A stretch of 60,284 nucleotides of DNA, the filler included, from Sphacelaria rigidula (taxonomy: Eukaryota): NCBI GenBank assembly GCA_964200075.2. It is 10 parts of 10 records of this genome, joined end to end, with 100 filler letters (N's around TTAATTAATTAA, not from the genome) between each part and the next. Parts side by side here need not be neighbours in the genome. Positions count along the whole stretch, not along the records: positions 48,309 to 54,246 come from CAXNAA020023336.1; positions 54,347 to 60,284 come from CAXNAA020023337.1; 8 more parts are not named here. One strand, 5' to 3'. Positions 48,401 to 60,284 of the stretch are shown in pieces. The translations under genes and the position numbers were made by a program. The notes below the pieces were generated by a model, which saw nothing but the letters and a program-made list of their open reading frames with translations, had not been told where the DNA came from and did no database searches. How positions within the stretch are numbered: the first letter of the stretch is position 1; each line of letters starts with the position of its first letter.

Positions 48401-51400
48401 AACAGGTGAAGGTGTGAAGCTAGTAGGACGCTCAGGCAGTAGTACTGAACAGACGGGCCTGGGACACAGTGTACCAAAGATGCTCGAACACCTACTTTTT
48501 GGTTATACAATCTATGGTTGATTAGGAATGATCAAAATGGGTTATGAGGCTAGACAGCGAATGTGTCTACCAGGTGTCTACCTCTACAGTAACAAAAGCG
48601 CTCATTTTGACGACCGTGATTGGTCAGAATGGTCATGCCACGCCTTCCGGGCCTCGTGCACGCCTCACAATTTTCCGCGGGAAAAGTCCAAACACACATG
48701 GTTGACTCCGTGAGCTTCTTCGGTGGTCAGTGGAGCTGAGGATTTGTTCGTGAACAATGGTTGGTACTCGATTTTACTTAAATTTAGACTAAACAAAGTT
48801 CCCGAGGGTTCTCGGTTTGCCTTGGTCGGGGTTAGGGTTAGCGTTAGGGTTAGGGTTGGCGGCATCGCCGTAGTATCAACCATTGTTTACGTAGAAGTCC
48901 TCAGGTCGCCTCTCGGTGCTCTGTGTGCAGACACCCCCCACCCCTCAAAAACTACCCCCCCCCCCGACCTCTGGAAACCCCCGGATGTCTCAGGACTGTC
49001 AGTTTGTACAATTGTTCCGACGCGACGCTTGTCGTCCAAGGGTTAAATCGTAACCCCCACTGTTGTACTTTTCTCGGCTGTGGGTGTAGGTTTTGTGCCG
49101 CCATGTTGCACTTCGCTTGCCTTTGTTTGATGGGAACCATCAAACTTGTGGATTGGGTCAGATGAAATTTACTGCCCGGAACTGAGAATGTGACACTTCC
49201 TGCCCACTACATCTGTCCATCATGAGACCACGGCTTGACCCGTGGGGGGGTCAGTTAAAGTGCGACAAACGATCAATCGATCAATCAACCAATCACATCT
49301 CCACAAGAAACACGCGCGTTTAGGTACTTTGTGTGCCTCACATTCCAAGAATAGCGCTTCTTCTCGCGGACTGATGGCGATGGTGGTGCTTCTACTTTTT
49401 CTTTGTCAACCCGCGGCGGTAAGCCGGAGTGTTTCTCGGCCCCTATCCTCTTGAGCATCTCCGTGGTTTTCCTCGACTCGCACGGAATGCTTGCAGTTAA
49501 GCACCTGCCCTTCGCACTTCTCGTCCTTTTTGTCGAGTGATTCGACCTTCACTCAGACCCGCGCATGGAAAAGATTCACCAGGCGAGCGTGCGCACGTGC
49601 ACAACACATAAAGCCTGATCTATTCGGGGGTACAGGTAGATAGGTCGCAATCAGATGTACCCAAGAAAAACGAAACTGAAACACGCCCTGAAAATAAAAA
49701 AAGGAACAGAACAAAACAAAAAGTCGAACAGAACGACATGAACTCGTTCGTTGATATCATCAGCGAGGGGACCCACAACTTTGGGCGTAGATATATGGTC
49801 GATTTTTTCAAACCTAACAAAAACGTTAACCCTCACCCTCACCCCGACCCAAAACCGAGGCACACGAGACCCTCGGGTCAAGGGGCGGGCTCAGATACCC
49901 ATGAGCAAAGTGTGCGTTGGCAGACCTCAAATCGACGCCGCAGGTGCCGATGTCGACAAGAACACGTTCGACGAGCTGGGTCCACTGCTAACCTACCCCA
50001 AGCCATATATTTTCTCAGAAATATCTGGAGTCTATAATGGAGATAGTCATGCTGTCAACCGTAAGTATACGCCCAAGCTGAACTGGTAAGATCAGACCCC
50101 AGGTCTGTACGTAGCAGGCAGATGTAGGGAGTGCGCATCTTACCAAGATTGCTCTCGCCGCCTTGGCTCCTGCACTGGAGCCCTGCCACAAAGCAGCCGC
50201 CAGCTTTGTCTTTCTTCTGTGAATTCTCCCTCTGTAATCCGACACCTCATGACAGGATACTCGCGGTTGGAAGGCGAAATTGCCCTGTGTGCACAGCCGC
50301 ACAAAACAAAGCAGCGCCTGGTGACACGCAATCCAACTGCATGTCGCGATACCAACTTGTATGGCAGCCCATTCCGAATCCGGCGGGACCCGAATCCAGT
50401 ATAGTTTCCACTTGGGAGGGGTAAGATAGTTCTCGGAAAATTCATGGTATGGGAACAGGTGAATGAAATGGATTCATGATAATGGTTCTTTTGGCCAAAC
50501 CCAGCCAGGTGATCGTTGATTGTGCGAGGGCTGTTTACCATATGATCGGAGAAAGTGGTTGACATGAATAATGAGGTGCCGACAACGGACCTCGGCATAA
50601 TTGTTCGACCATAGGCGTTTGCTGTTTGTGTGTTTATTTGTTTTTCATTCTTTCTCTTCTCTCCCCGTTGAATTCGGGGGAGCTACTTCTCGCCGGTTTT
50701 CGTGGCGTCTCTCTTCTTATTTATCTTTTTTGTAATGTGTCTCGTAAGGAATAGCAGGGAACGGTATCGGAAAGGCGAGCCTACGTCTGTGACCAGGGGT
50801 TCGCGAGATCGGACTATTGTGCGGAAATAATAATAATAATGACTATGAAAGTAATGGTTGACCGCCTTTTCGGATCTTGTGATCGATGCTGTTGGCAAAG
50901 GCCAGATCATTGTGCAGGTACGATCGTACCACTATGGCGAGTCCACTGAGTTGGTTCAGAACCAAAACAAAGATAGATTATGTCGACTACTTTGATAGTA
51001 CAGTACACCGCACCGTGGCGGGCTCCCTGCATTCGCTAGTGCAGCTCCACCCATGTTGTTCTGCTTAGAGTGTCCTGCACACGCACAAAATGCCATGCAT
51101 CCGCACCAGGTTTTATACCGCGAAAAAAGCCACCGCAGTTTGAAAACACTACTCAGGCCGTACAGTACATGATTTGAGACGTGAAATACCACCCTGGTAA
51201 CGGTAAGCGAATTAGGAATGTGCAACGGAATGCAAGTGTAAATTTCTCTGGACGCGGCACCCGTGTGTTGGCAGTCGAACCCTAGACGGCTATGCACTGA
51301 CGCAATCTGAAGCATGTGCCCGCACGGTCGATTGACTAGTAATGTACAGTACAGCACCGCTACAACACCCGTACACAAGCACCTATCACCTTCACATCAG

Positions 51401-51553
51401 CCCTTTTGTTCAGACCCGTGGCCGAACGCCAAATTATCGGGAAGCGAAATCGCCTCAGTTTTGTGGTGCTGACGCACAGGCGGGCTGTGGATGGCGAAGT
51501 CATTGGCCCATTGCGCGTACTGGCAAAGAAACGCGAAGAAAAGGGCTTTCTCG

Positions 51554-51799
51554 GACACTTTCTACGACAGCCCCCCCGAAAAAGTGCATGGTTTCCGGAG
51601 GCAAAATCATCACGTAAATCGAAGTGGGAAAAGCCGAGCACAACGAGCAGCTGGGAGTTCCCACGCTTGGGTGTGTTCTAGGCAATGTCGCCAATATTAG
51701 GTGCTTCATGCAGCCTGAACCCAAGTATCAGGCGCTGTTTGGCCATTTTTTTCGTGACACTATTGGCTGGTTTGGAGGGGGGCTATCGTAGAAAGTGTC
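51554..51799. mobile_element. MITE with GACAC termini and perfect CTCG 4-bp TSD (opposite orientation to 39511-39764)
   Basis: ctcg|GACACTTTCTACGACAGCCCCCCC ... GGGGGGCTATCGTAGAAAGTGTC|ctcg. Confidence 0.88.
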
Positions 51800-54170
51800 C
51801 TCGACGTATTTTCATCACTACTACCGACTCAAAGGAAGATCCCGGTGTCATTTGGTACCCTGGGATACGAAACAGTACCGCACACTCAGCAGTTTTTTTT
51901 GTTTGAATCTGGCGGTTGCAAAACCAGGAAGCATTTTCCCGCACGATCCATTATGGCCGATTAGTACGGTACGGTACGGTACAGTACAGCACAGTACCGC
52001 TGCATACAGTCAGTCATGAGTATACACGAGCTCGTGTCTTCTTCACATCAATCGTTTTGTTCAGACCCGCGGCCGAAGGGTTCATCCGAAGGCATCGAAA
52101 CGTCGTCGGTTTAGGGCTTCAGAGACAACGAAAACTCGTCATTTTCGAGCTGCTCACCTGCAGGTGGGCCGTGGGCGGTGAAGGCATTGCTCTATTGTGC
52201 GTACCGTTCAAGAAACAAGGAAAATAGCAATTACTTTCGACGTACTTCCCGTTTATCGAGAGGCGGGGTGGACCGGGTACCGGCCTGAAGTTGATGAAGT
52301 CCCTTCCTTGAATGTATTGATTTTATACATTTATCGCACAATAACTCATCCGCTACGAACCCAGTCACGGTCACAAAACGACCGCAACAATCCGAATAAA
52401 AAACACGACCCAGAGTAAAGAAACTTTCGACCATCGAATACAGAAAGGGAGCAGGAAGAAACAAAAAAAGGCAAATAAATGAAAGTCAAATTCAAAACCA
52501 GGGGAAAAATAGAAAACAAATAGAAGGGCAACGGAGACACACAAAAAAAACTTCGCCTAGAAGGCGACGGAGACACCCCCAAAGAATACTCGACGATATA
52601 CCCAAGCCAAGTAGGACAAGACCATACAGGAAGTGAGGTCGATAGAGCAAAACATGAAACATTATCCCAGGGTGTGCACCGTCGTATCGCCCCCCCCCTC
52701 CCCTCCGCGCGAGGCTATCGTAGGGAATGTTGAGGTGTGTAATGCGCATTTTGCCATAAGCATCAAAAGATCTCATCACGGGCGAACTACAAAAGCATCT
52801 CCCATAGGCCCACAGTTGATTGCAGGAAGCTTTCTGGCGATAGGTGGCGTGATCCTTGGTGCATCCAAGCATCAAGTCTGATGAGCGCCGGTTGATGGAG
52901 GCGTTCTCCAACTCGTTCAGCAAGATCGTGGTAAACGTGAACGCGTCGAACATCATACCAATGAGAGTAGCAAAATTCTTTGGAAGCTTGGAGTAGTGCT
53001 TCTCGTGCACGTTCAGGTTCGCCCCGGGTGATTGTCGACAACTGCTGAGCTCGGCGTACTTCTTGCGGCACTCCTCGCTGTGAATTTCCATCGTGAGGTC
53101 CATCGGGTCCGAGGAACATCCCGCTATTCCAACAGGAGTATGGGCGGGGTTCGCCAACCCTCAACTCTCGCCAGAAGTTGAATGAGATACCATAGCCGGG
53201 CATCACGCCGTTGTCGTCCGTCCCACCTCCCCCTAAATCCGCGGACACAAAGATATTTGCAGGGCCTTAGCATAATGTTCGGCCACCACGCCCTGCTCCA
53301 GCTCGGACGAAGCGCTCGGCGATGGCCAAACGCACGACCAAAAGCGGGAGTCGCGATCAGCAAACGCAGCAGTATCACAGGTGATGATATTGCTGGTCAA
53401 ACGCAACAAACCCCGGAGTCCGATCCCGCCCCGATTACGGCGATCAACACCAACAGATTCGCGGAAACGCAAAGCGCGAAAAAACATCGCAAAAAGGGAC
53501 AATCTTGAAAAAAAGTAAAAGGGGCGAGGAGCGACGTGTAAAGAGGATGTACCGAAGGCGTCAAAATTACCTCCGGGCCTGCGTAGGGCCGAAGTGCTTA
53601 ATTACTGACCGTTAGATACATGCAAGAGAAGCACTACCCCCGCAGAATAGAAGGCGTTGTCGTACCACCTGAGTAGCGATTACGCTCGTCATTCCGACCA
53701 CCTTCAGCCTGAAGACTATCCGCGATACACTCAACTTTCAACTGGCGGTTTCAGTTCGAACATCGCGCCGGGGGGAGGGGTGGGGGAGGACGACGGGGGG
53801 TAAATAGCAATAGATAAATAGCTTCAGAATTTTAGAAAGAAGCTGCGTAGTAAATGAATATATTTACCATCAGCAATAAATCATCTGCACAACTCAAACT
53901 GCTTGCACCAATACCACAGAGACTTCAGCCAACCCTCTACCGTAAAAAGGATAGCCAAACTAGAGAGAATACTGCCGGTTGTTACAACTCCAACACGAAA
54001 TAACCCGACCACTATCGAAACGCACGTAAATGTATGGCGAGCATGAACGATAAACCGAATAGTGCCTAGAGAAAGCATAGCGTCAACCATCCTTCGATAA
54101 CCAACTTAGGTCATTCAAATAGTACTCAAAACAAAACCTCCGAGACCCCAAGTACCTTTCCCCCCCCCCC

Positions 54171-54240
54171 GTTCGTGCTCCGTCTCGAAAAGGATGCGTG
54201 GTCAATGGTCAAATGACTAAGGCAAGCAACAAATGAGTAC
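54171..54240 (+). mobile_element. 70-bp 5'-truncated LINE 3' end embedded between two C-runs
   Basis: C11 - gttcgtgctccgtctcgaaaaggatgcgtggtcaatggtcaaatgactaaggcaagcaacaaatgagtac - C-run to the contig end. Confidence 0.9.
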
Positions 54241-54678
54241 CCCCCCNNNNNNNNNNNNNNNNNNNNNNNNNNNNNNNNNNNNNNNNNNNNTTAATTAATT
54301 AANNNNNNNNNNNNNNNNNNNNNNNNNNNNNNNNNNNNNNNNNNNNCGACTGATGCTATATTTTACAGAGAGATGAACATAATCATACAGCACCTGAAGC
54401 ATTCTCAGCGGAGACCAAACCGTGTTCGCAAGGTCTATACACACCATAGAAAAGTGGTAGCTACAGCACATGTGAGACCGGACGTGAATGTGTCTGTGCT
54501 GCAGTGCTGTGGAACAGGAGATGTCCCATGTTTTTGTTTTAGTTCTTCGCTTGATTTTGAACGGAGTCCTCAGTGTTTGCCGGGTTCCGATCTTGAACGC
54601 TCGACCATAATGGCGCTTGGCGCAAATAATTTAGTTCACTACAAAATCATCCCCATGTATGGGTGCTGTGCCCTTAAA

Positions 54679-56011
54679 TAGGCCTGTTTAGCGCAAAGCT
54701 TATAATCGGCTTAATACGCTTGGAACGAGCTCACCTTGCCTAAAACGCACATACCCGCGCATAAAACGCGCATAAATTTGCGATATTTTTTGCTCGCAAG
54801 TGCTCCATGTGGCGTAACTCGTCACCAAGCAGGTCGACAGGCGTCAGGCTTCAGGCTCCAACACTCGATACTTCAAATTTCCATGGTCATCTTTCGTGTT
54901 CCTATTTTGTTGCGGGTCTGATAAGCAGACTGCCCCACTTTATATGATTACACATTCTGCTATGTCGCTTTCAAAAATATGACAAGATTACCAAATAAAT
55001 AATACACTTGTGCTTTGTACAGCAGACAGCAGACAGCAGTAGTCACAGCAGCACCTACTGAGAGAGTGATAACGAGTGATAGCAGCGTTTGTAACTCGCG
55101 AGATCATGACGGGCCTACTGTCCGAGAAGGACGACTTTTTGGTCGCGGCCTCAGGCGCGTACTCGGAGCACGGTTTGCTGTCGTTTTGAGATGACAACAA
55201 GAACAGGCTTCCCAGTTGGTATCTCATGGCGATGGATACTGTACTTATCCAGCCATCGTCCGCGTTTATGGAGCGAGTGTATTCGATTTTGAAGGGATGC
55301 TTGAACTCCCGGCAGGAGAAGGTGTTGGGTGACCGGATCGAATCCGCAGTTATGATGAAGTACAATCGGTACCCGTAGTTCGTTAAGATTTTCAATTTCG
55401 ACTGACGGTAAATGATGCGGGGGGGGGGGGGGGGGGGGGGAACGTGGCGCGTTTGATATGGAGCTTGGCGGGGGGGGGGGGGAAGGGGCAACTCCGTGGG
55501 NNNNNNNNNNTTAATGATGAGGTCTGGTGTGGAGTGGGTGGGGGGGGGGGGGGGGGGGGGGGGGGGGGTGGTAGCTTGTAGCTTGTAGCTTGTAGCTTGC
55601 CGGGCGAGAGGCCAAAGCTGCAATTCCCTGTGTCTAGAGGCTACAATGCCGTACTGCTGTATCAAGTATCGTAAGTGTAGTGGCGTTTGTTGTTCCCGCA
55701 CGTGGGTTAGGGTATAGGTGTGCAGGTTGTGGTCTCCAAAGTTAACAACTAAAGAAAATATTGATATTTTGATTATAAGTAATCAACAAAACTTCAAATG
55801 CCCAACTTGTCGTCTTGTCCTCATGCTAGAAGACGTGCCTCGTGCGAGGATACTGCCCCAACGCCACAACAAGGACGGGAATAAGGCGCATAAAGCGCGC
55901 CTAATTTGCGCTAGAAAAGTTCAAAATGGGGCTTGAAAACAAAGAAAAAACTCATTAAAAAACATTGAGCTTAATTTCAAGAAAAAAACGCGCATACGGA
56001 ACTAAAGCCTA
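54679..56011 (+). mobile_element. Candidate internally deleted hAT transposon
   Basis: TAGGC...GCCTA termini, subterminal gcgcataaa repeats at both ends and an internal transposase remnant; no TSD visible, so boundaries are tentative. Confidence 0.5.
55073..55378 (+). pseudogene. hAT transposase C-terminal dimerisation-domain remnant
   Basis: Manual translation LLSF*DDNKNRLPSWYLMAMDTVLIQPSSAFMERVYSILKGCLNSRQEKVLGDRIESAVMMKYNR matches the W...P...A...PSSA..ER.FS pattern, with a stop where Trp is expected. Confidence 0.8.
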
Positions 56012-56621
56012 CGAGAAGTGTACAGCGTACAATATGAAACCCATTGTCTGTCGCAACAGACTCGATGGTCGACACTGTACGCGGTGCACTTTTGGATGAT
56101 GTAATCATTTGTCCAGGGTGTGAAACGTACATACCGTACAGCAGTCGGTATCGCACAGTACAGTACAGTACTGAATAGTATACTGCTTACGGTGTGCTCC
56201 TCAACAGTCAGTATAGCTGCATGCATGTCGCCGGGGTGCGCTCGTCGTATGTTTTAGTCCGTGTAGCCGTCGGTACAAACCTTCTCACATTTCCCTCTGG
56301 CCAGTTGCAATGCCCCAACAATCGATGCTAGCCGTTGTGCAGTAGTTCCATACGCAGAACGGAGGATACGAATCGTAACGGCTGCTACCCCTTCGGTGTC
56401 TCCGCGTGAGTACCCTCTACAGTGTAACGTGCTCCTTGTGCTTATCTTGCTCCCGTCGCTCCGTACGTCTCAAGGATGAAAAGTCTCGTCGCTTGTGAGA
56501 ATTGCGTTACTGAGAAGAGGATGCTAAACTTTTCAGGCTTCATCGTTATGCCCGTGAATGAAGGTCGTAGCGATCAGAAATAATGAGGAATATTGAAGAC
56601 GTCATAGACCGGTCGGACATG

Positions 56622-56670
56622 TGCCGAACCCCTGCCGAACCCCTGCCGAACCTGTGCCGAACCCCTGCCC
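56622..56670. repeat. 11-bp tandem repeat (tgccgaacccc, about 4 copies)
   Basis: Direct observation. Confidence 0.85.
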
Positions 56671-56889
56671 CACAGGATACACGCTCCATCCCAAGTTGCT
56701 CAGGTTCAGTATGCGACAGCTGTAATTTTTTCAACGCGCTTTTCTCGAGACAGGAAGCAAACTGTCCTGTGGCAAAAAACCAGTATAGTGCAGCGATGCT
56801 CGCACACGTTCACGAAGAAATGATGGTCGGCTTTTACGTGCCACTCACCCATACAGCGGTACCCAAAGGCGCACGGCAAAAGGTAACAA

Positions 56890-57530
56890 ACATTACTCTC
56901 GAACAATCCGATTACAAGAACGCACTTGATGTGGGCGTGCATCAGAAAGTTCTCCAGGGAGCTGTTTGACCGACCGAAAGCACCGTGGAGACTCTCAAGC
57001 TCGAACTAGTGAATGCGGACCCTACTGTATGGATGCATGGCATGGGCACCGCACCGCGAGCACTACTGTACCGGTTGAGAGAACGATACAATGACAGCTC
57101 CTCCTGCGAGTTATCGGGTACCACCGCGTGCGTGGCGACAGCTGTTGTACGCCCAGGCCAAGAAGACCGGATGCCAAAGTGCTGAAAGCATCGTCCGGCA
57201 ACGGCGACTACTATTCGCGGGAGCCCTGGCTGAACAACCGGACAGACGACTACTGAAGCGGCTGGCATTTGGAACAGTCAAACTGGCTGAAGTGCCCGAG
57301 GGATAATCTTCAAGCTTTCGGAGCTACGAACGGCTCTATGGGCGACAACCGGTAGACGTTTGGACTTGAAAGCGTCCCCTGGCTCTCAGCAGCGAAGGAG
57401 GAGGGCCGGATACCGTGGCACGCGGGGGTGCTGCGGGGAGCTGAGGTTTAAGACCTCATGGCACAAGAATGAGGAGGCCAGCCGAATACGTGCGATTGAA
57501 CAGGACGTCAACCGAACAATACGACATTGA
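56890..57530 (+). mobile_element. Degenerate RTE-like LINE, post-RT region (a different family from the 13-17 kb element)
   Basis: Frameshifted pieces WACIRKFSRELFDRPKAP, LLYGCMAWAP, ESIVRQRRLLFAGALAEQPDRRLLKRLAFG. Confidence 0.8.
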
Positions 57531-60268
57531 TGATGGCTCACAGCCAAACTCCATGATGTTGAGTGGGAACATTGGGCCCTGCCTCCAGTATCCCGAATGG
57601 TCACCGGCGACACTGAAACTTACGGGGTTAGCAGTTTGTTTGTTTTTTCTGTATCGCGTCTGTTCGAATTTTCCTGGGTCCGATGTGTTCTTGTTTTGTC
57701 ATGCCTTGTTTTGGGTAGTTAGCCTCTGACCACGTAAGGCGTCCGCACTAGATGCTCAGTACGTAGTACCGCGCAGACATCGTTACGGTTCTTCAATGTG
57801 AAGGCAATAACAAACAACTTGATGCCTCGCTTACGTGGGGTTCATGGGTGAGATCTTCATACCCAAAATAGTAGGGACAAAATACATGAGCGGCAATCTG
57901 TTCTCACCGCTTTTCTTTTTTTACGATTCGGTGTGACGGTGGTTTTGCGCAAGACCTTTTCCACCGAAGCCATGTTGCAGAGGCCGGCCATGTTTAGCTT
58001 ATTTTTGTCTCTGGTCCCTGTTTTGTTTTGCTCTCTCAATTCTTTTCATTTTTTTTTTAGTCTACTCTGTTTGTTCTACCTTGCTATTTTCTTCACCTAT
58101 GCTCTTGCAGGTGTTTCCCACTTTTTTTTTTCCCTATCCGCGCTTTCTTCTCCACTTTTAGCACGTTTGGGTGAATGTATTAGGGCTGTGTATTACGACA
58201 AGACATACTTTCGAATATGTTGACATTGATTATCAGCGGCACCAATATAGCAAAAAAATACCGCCCAAGCTATGACGTCATCCGCCAGAAGTGTACACCT
58301 TATGGTCATATTCCAACGATTTTTCCATGTTCTTCCCAAAATTTAGTTCGAAGGCTGTCCTGTAGCAGTAGCATAACCTCCAGCGGGAAGTAAGGAGCAT
58401 GAGCGACACCCCTGGCAGCATTTTGTCCGCTACAACGCATCGGTAAGGTGCTTGAATGAGTAACCGACCCGGAGGACGACATATGTTTCATCTATATTAT
58501 TTTTCTATACCTTTCCGCAGAATTCAGCTGCGTTCGCGTAGAAGGCGGCCCTCAGACGGATGGGCTCAATTCGGACCGAAGATGAAGCCAACAACGTTGA
58601 TGTATTTTGCCTCCGGCGACCTCACCGGCGGCGGCCCCGTACCAGCCGAGATGAGCGCTTTGACTTTGCCTTCGCCGTCGCATGGCCGCTGCACCGCTGC
58701 AGCATCGAAACATGATGATATGTTGGCTTCGCTTATCTGTTGCTAATGCATTGCTGCATTACTTCAACGAACGTCCAACATAGGAATCATGTTTATGAAA
58801 CGGACCAATAGTCAGCCCCATTTGGGGAGGGGGGCGGGGGGTTCCGTTCTTGTAAAAGTAAGGTCACTTCTTTTAGGGAAATAGAGACGTGAAGAAAGAT
58901 GTCACTTTCACTGTTGCTTTGCCGCACAAGAGCACCAAATCTCTCTCGAACCGTGCACGTTGTGGGGGCAGAGAGGATATTTTTTTGCGCGACGGACTTG
59001 TGTATGCCTACCAAACAAGGAGTGAGTGCTGCACGACAGAAACGCGTGCCTGCGGTGGAAAACTGATAGCTACCGAGCCACGACCGGCCCTCGGCCAAGG
59101 CAAATCTTACAAGAATATATACTCTTTGCGGCTGGTGATAGAAGTGGGAGTTTTCCCCGCATTCCGGCTGTGTATCGAATGATGAACCAGATTTAATGGA
59201 GGAGGTCGTGTGTTTTTTTTGCTGCGGGACTGCTAGGGCGTAGAATGTTTATGCCTGTTTCGGGTCGAAGATAAAACACACGCGAAAATAATTATGGTCC
59301 CACGTTGTGCCCGCGCAGCCTCACAACACGCCCAGATAGTTGCAGCGCACACGCAAAAGCTGTGAGCCAAGTCCCTGCTCAGCTACAGGCAGGGAAAAGC
59401 TTTAATTGTCGGGCATACATCCAGAAATTCGGGAACTAGACAGTCCGCACCGGCGCCAAAATAACTGCAGACGCTACAGCTAACCACCGGCTGCAGATAA
59501 CGACCGCGGCAATTCAAAAATGCTGTAGCGTGCTTACTGTATGATACGTTTGCAGTATTGTAGCACTGCCTTGGAGTTGACTTTGGGCACCAAAATCTGC
59601 CAGGCGACCTCTCACGACTCCTTCGACTCCTGGTACAAGAGGATCGATGTTGAAGCCTCAGCAGCGCAAAAATTCGCCATTGCTCTAGTTGCTCTGGCGT
59701 TTTTATGACTGTCCGTTTACGCGCGGTGTGTTTGGGTGTGTTGAATATTTTTTTTGTTGACGTAGACACCAGTGTTATGATCGCAAGCGGCGCTATCAAC
59801 ATGTTGGAGGGGTGGACTTTTGGGAATCCTGGTGAGGTTTCTTGCTTTGAACAAAAGCGCATGTACAGTTATTTGCGATGAAACAGACACATAACGTGGC
59901 ATCTACAGAAGATACACGTGAGCAATAGTGCCAGAAAAGAAGTTGGCATTTAAAACACGTAAGCAGCAGTGCCAGAAAAGAAGTTGATCGTTCCTCTCAT
60001 CCCCATAATAAGTAATCCAACAAGTCAGACAACTTCATTTATTAGTATTTGCACTCGTTTTACAGTTACGTTTACGTGAAGCGTGTTCGTTGACTGTGGG
60101 TACTTGCTCCTGAGGTTACCTCTTTTTCAGCGCATCTGTTCCTCCGTTGTTGTTTTTTTTGTCATGTCAGGAGGTGATACAAAGGTGAAAATCTAGACAG
60201 CACCGAGATTCATCTCTCAGGCCCAAATACGAAAGGGGTAGAGGGGGGTCGGGGGGGGGTGGGGGGGG

Positions 60269-60284
60269 GTGTACTCATGATCAT
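60269..60284 (-). mobile_element. 3' tip of the ~570-bp element with a long G-run at the window end
   Basis: G-rich run 60243-60269 then TGTACTCATGATCAT. Confidence 0.7.

Noticed and set aside
48828..48857. TTAGGG repeats as a true telomere
   Set aside because: Only 3-4 units, internal to a dispersed repeat and not at a contig end
54988..55701. 237-aa Pro-rich minus-strand ORF (similarly the Gly-rich ORF at 2008-2565)
   Set aside because: Built from G/C homopolymers spanning N gaps; the real coding signal at 55 kb is the plus-strand hAT remnant
59538..59657. Minus-strand frame containing RLADFG, resembling a kinase DFG motif
   Set aside because: Weak acceptor, an in-frame stop immediately upstream and no HRD or APE exons found nearby

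Overview
Eukaryotic, repeat-rich genomic DNA, most likely from a brown alga (Phaeophyceae): it carries a multi-exon mannuronan C5-epimerase gene, GT-AG introns and TTAGGG-like repeats. The window is not contiguous. It is ten unrelated contigs of 5,938-5,939 bp, apparently sorted by size and joined by identical 100-bp artificial spacers (44 N + TTAATTAATTAA + 44 N), so nothing can be inferred across spacers. Supportable host genes, all partial: a JmjC/cupin-8 exon, five exons of a mannuronan C5-epimerase, five exons of an unknown coiled-coil protein and three exons of a copine. Much of the rest is transposon-derived: a near-full-length degenerate APE+RT LINE (RTEX-like) plus fragments, an RTE-like remnant, a hAT remnant, several MITEs with visible TIRs/TSDs, and two unrelated 41-bp hairpin satellites. 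The strongest candidate for an undescribed system is a LINE plus a ~570-bp non-coding partner element. They share a conserved 3' terminus (...GGTCAATGRTCA..TGACTA.GGCA.GCAA...ATGAGTAC) that runs into poly(C) rather than poly(A), and several copies have C-runs on both sides, suggesting homopolymer-C-targeted retrotransposition. All family assignments come from motif recognition by eye; no database searches were run.
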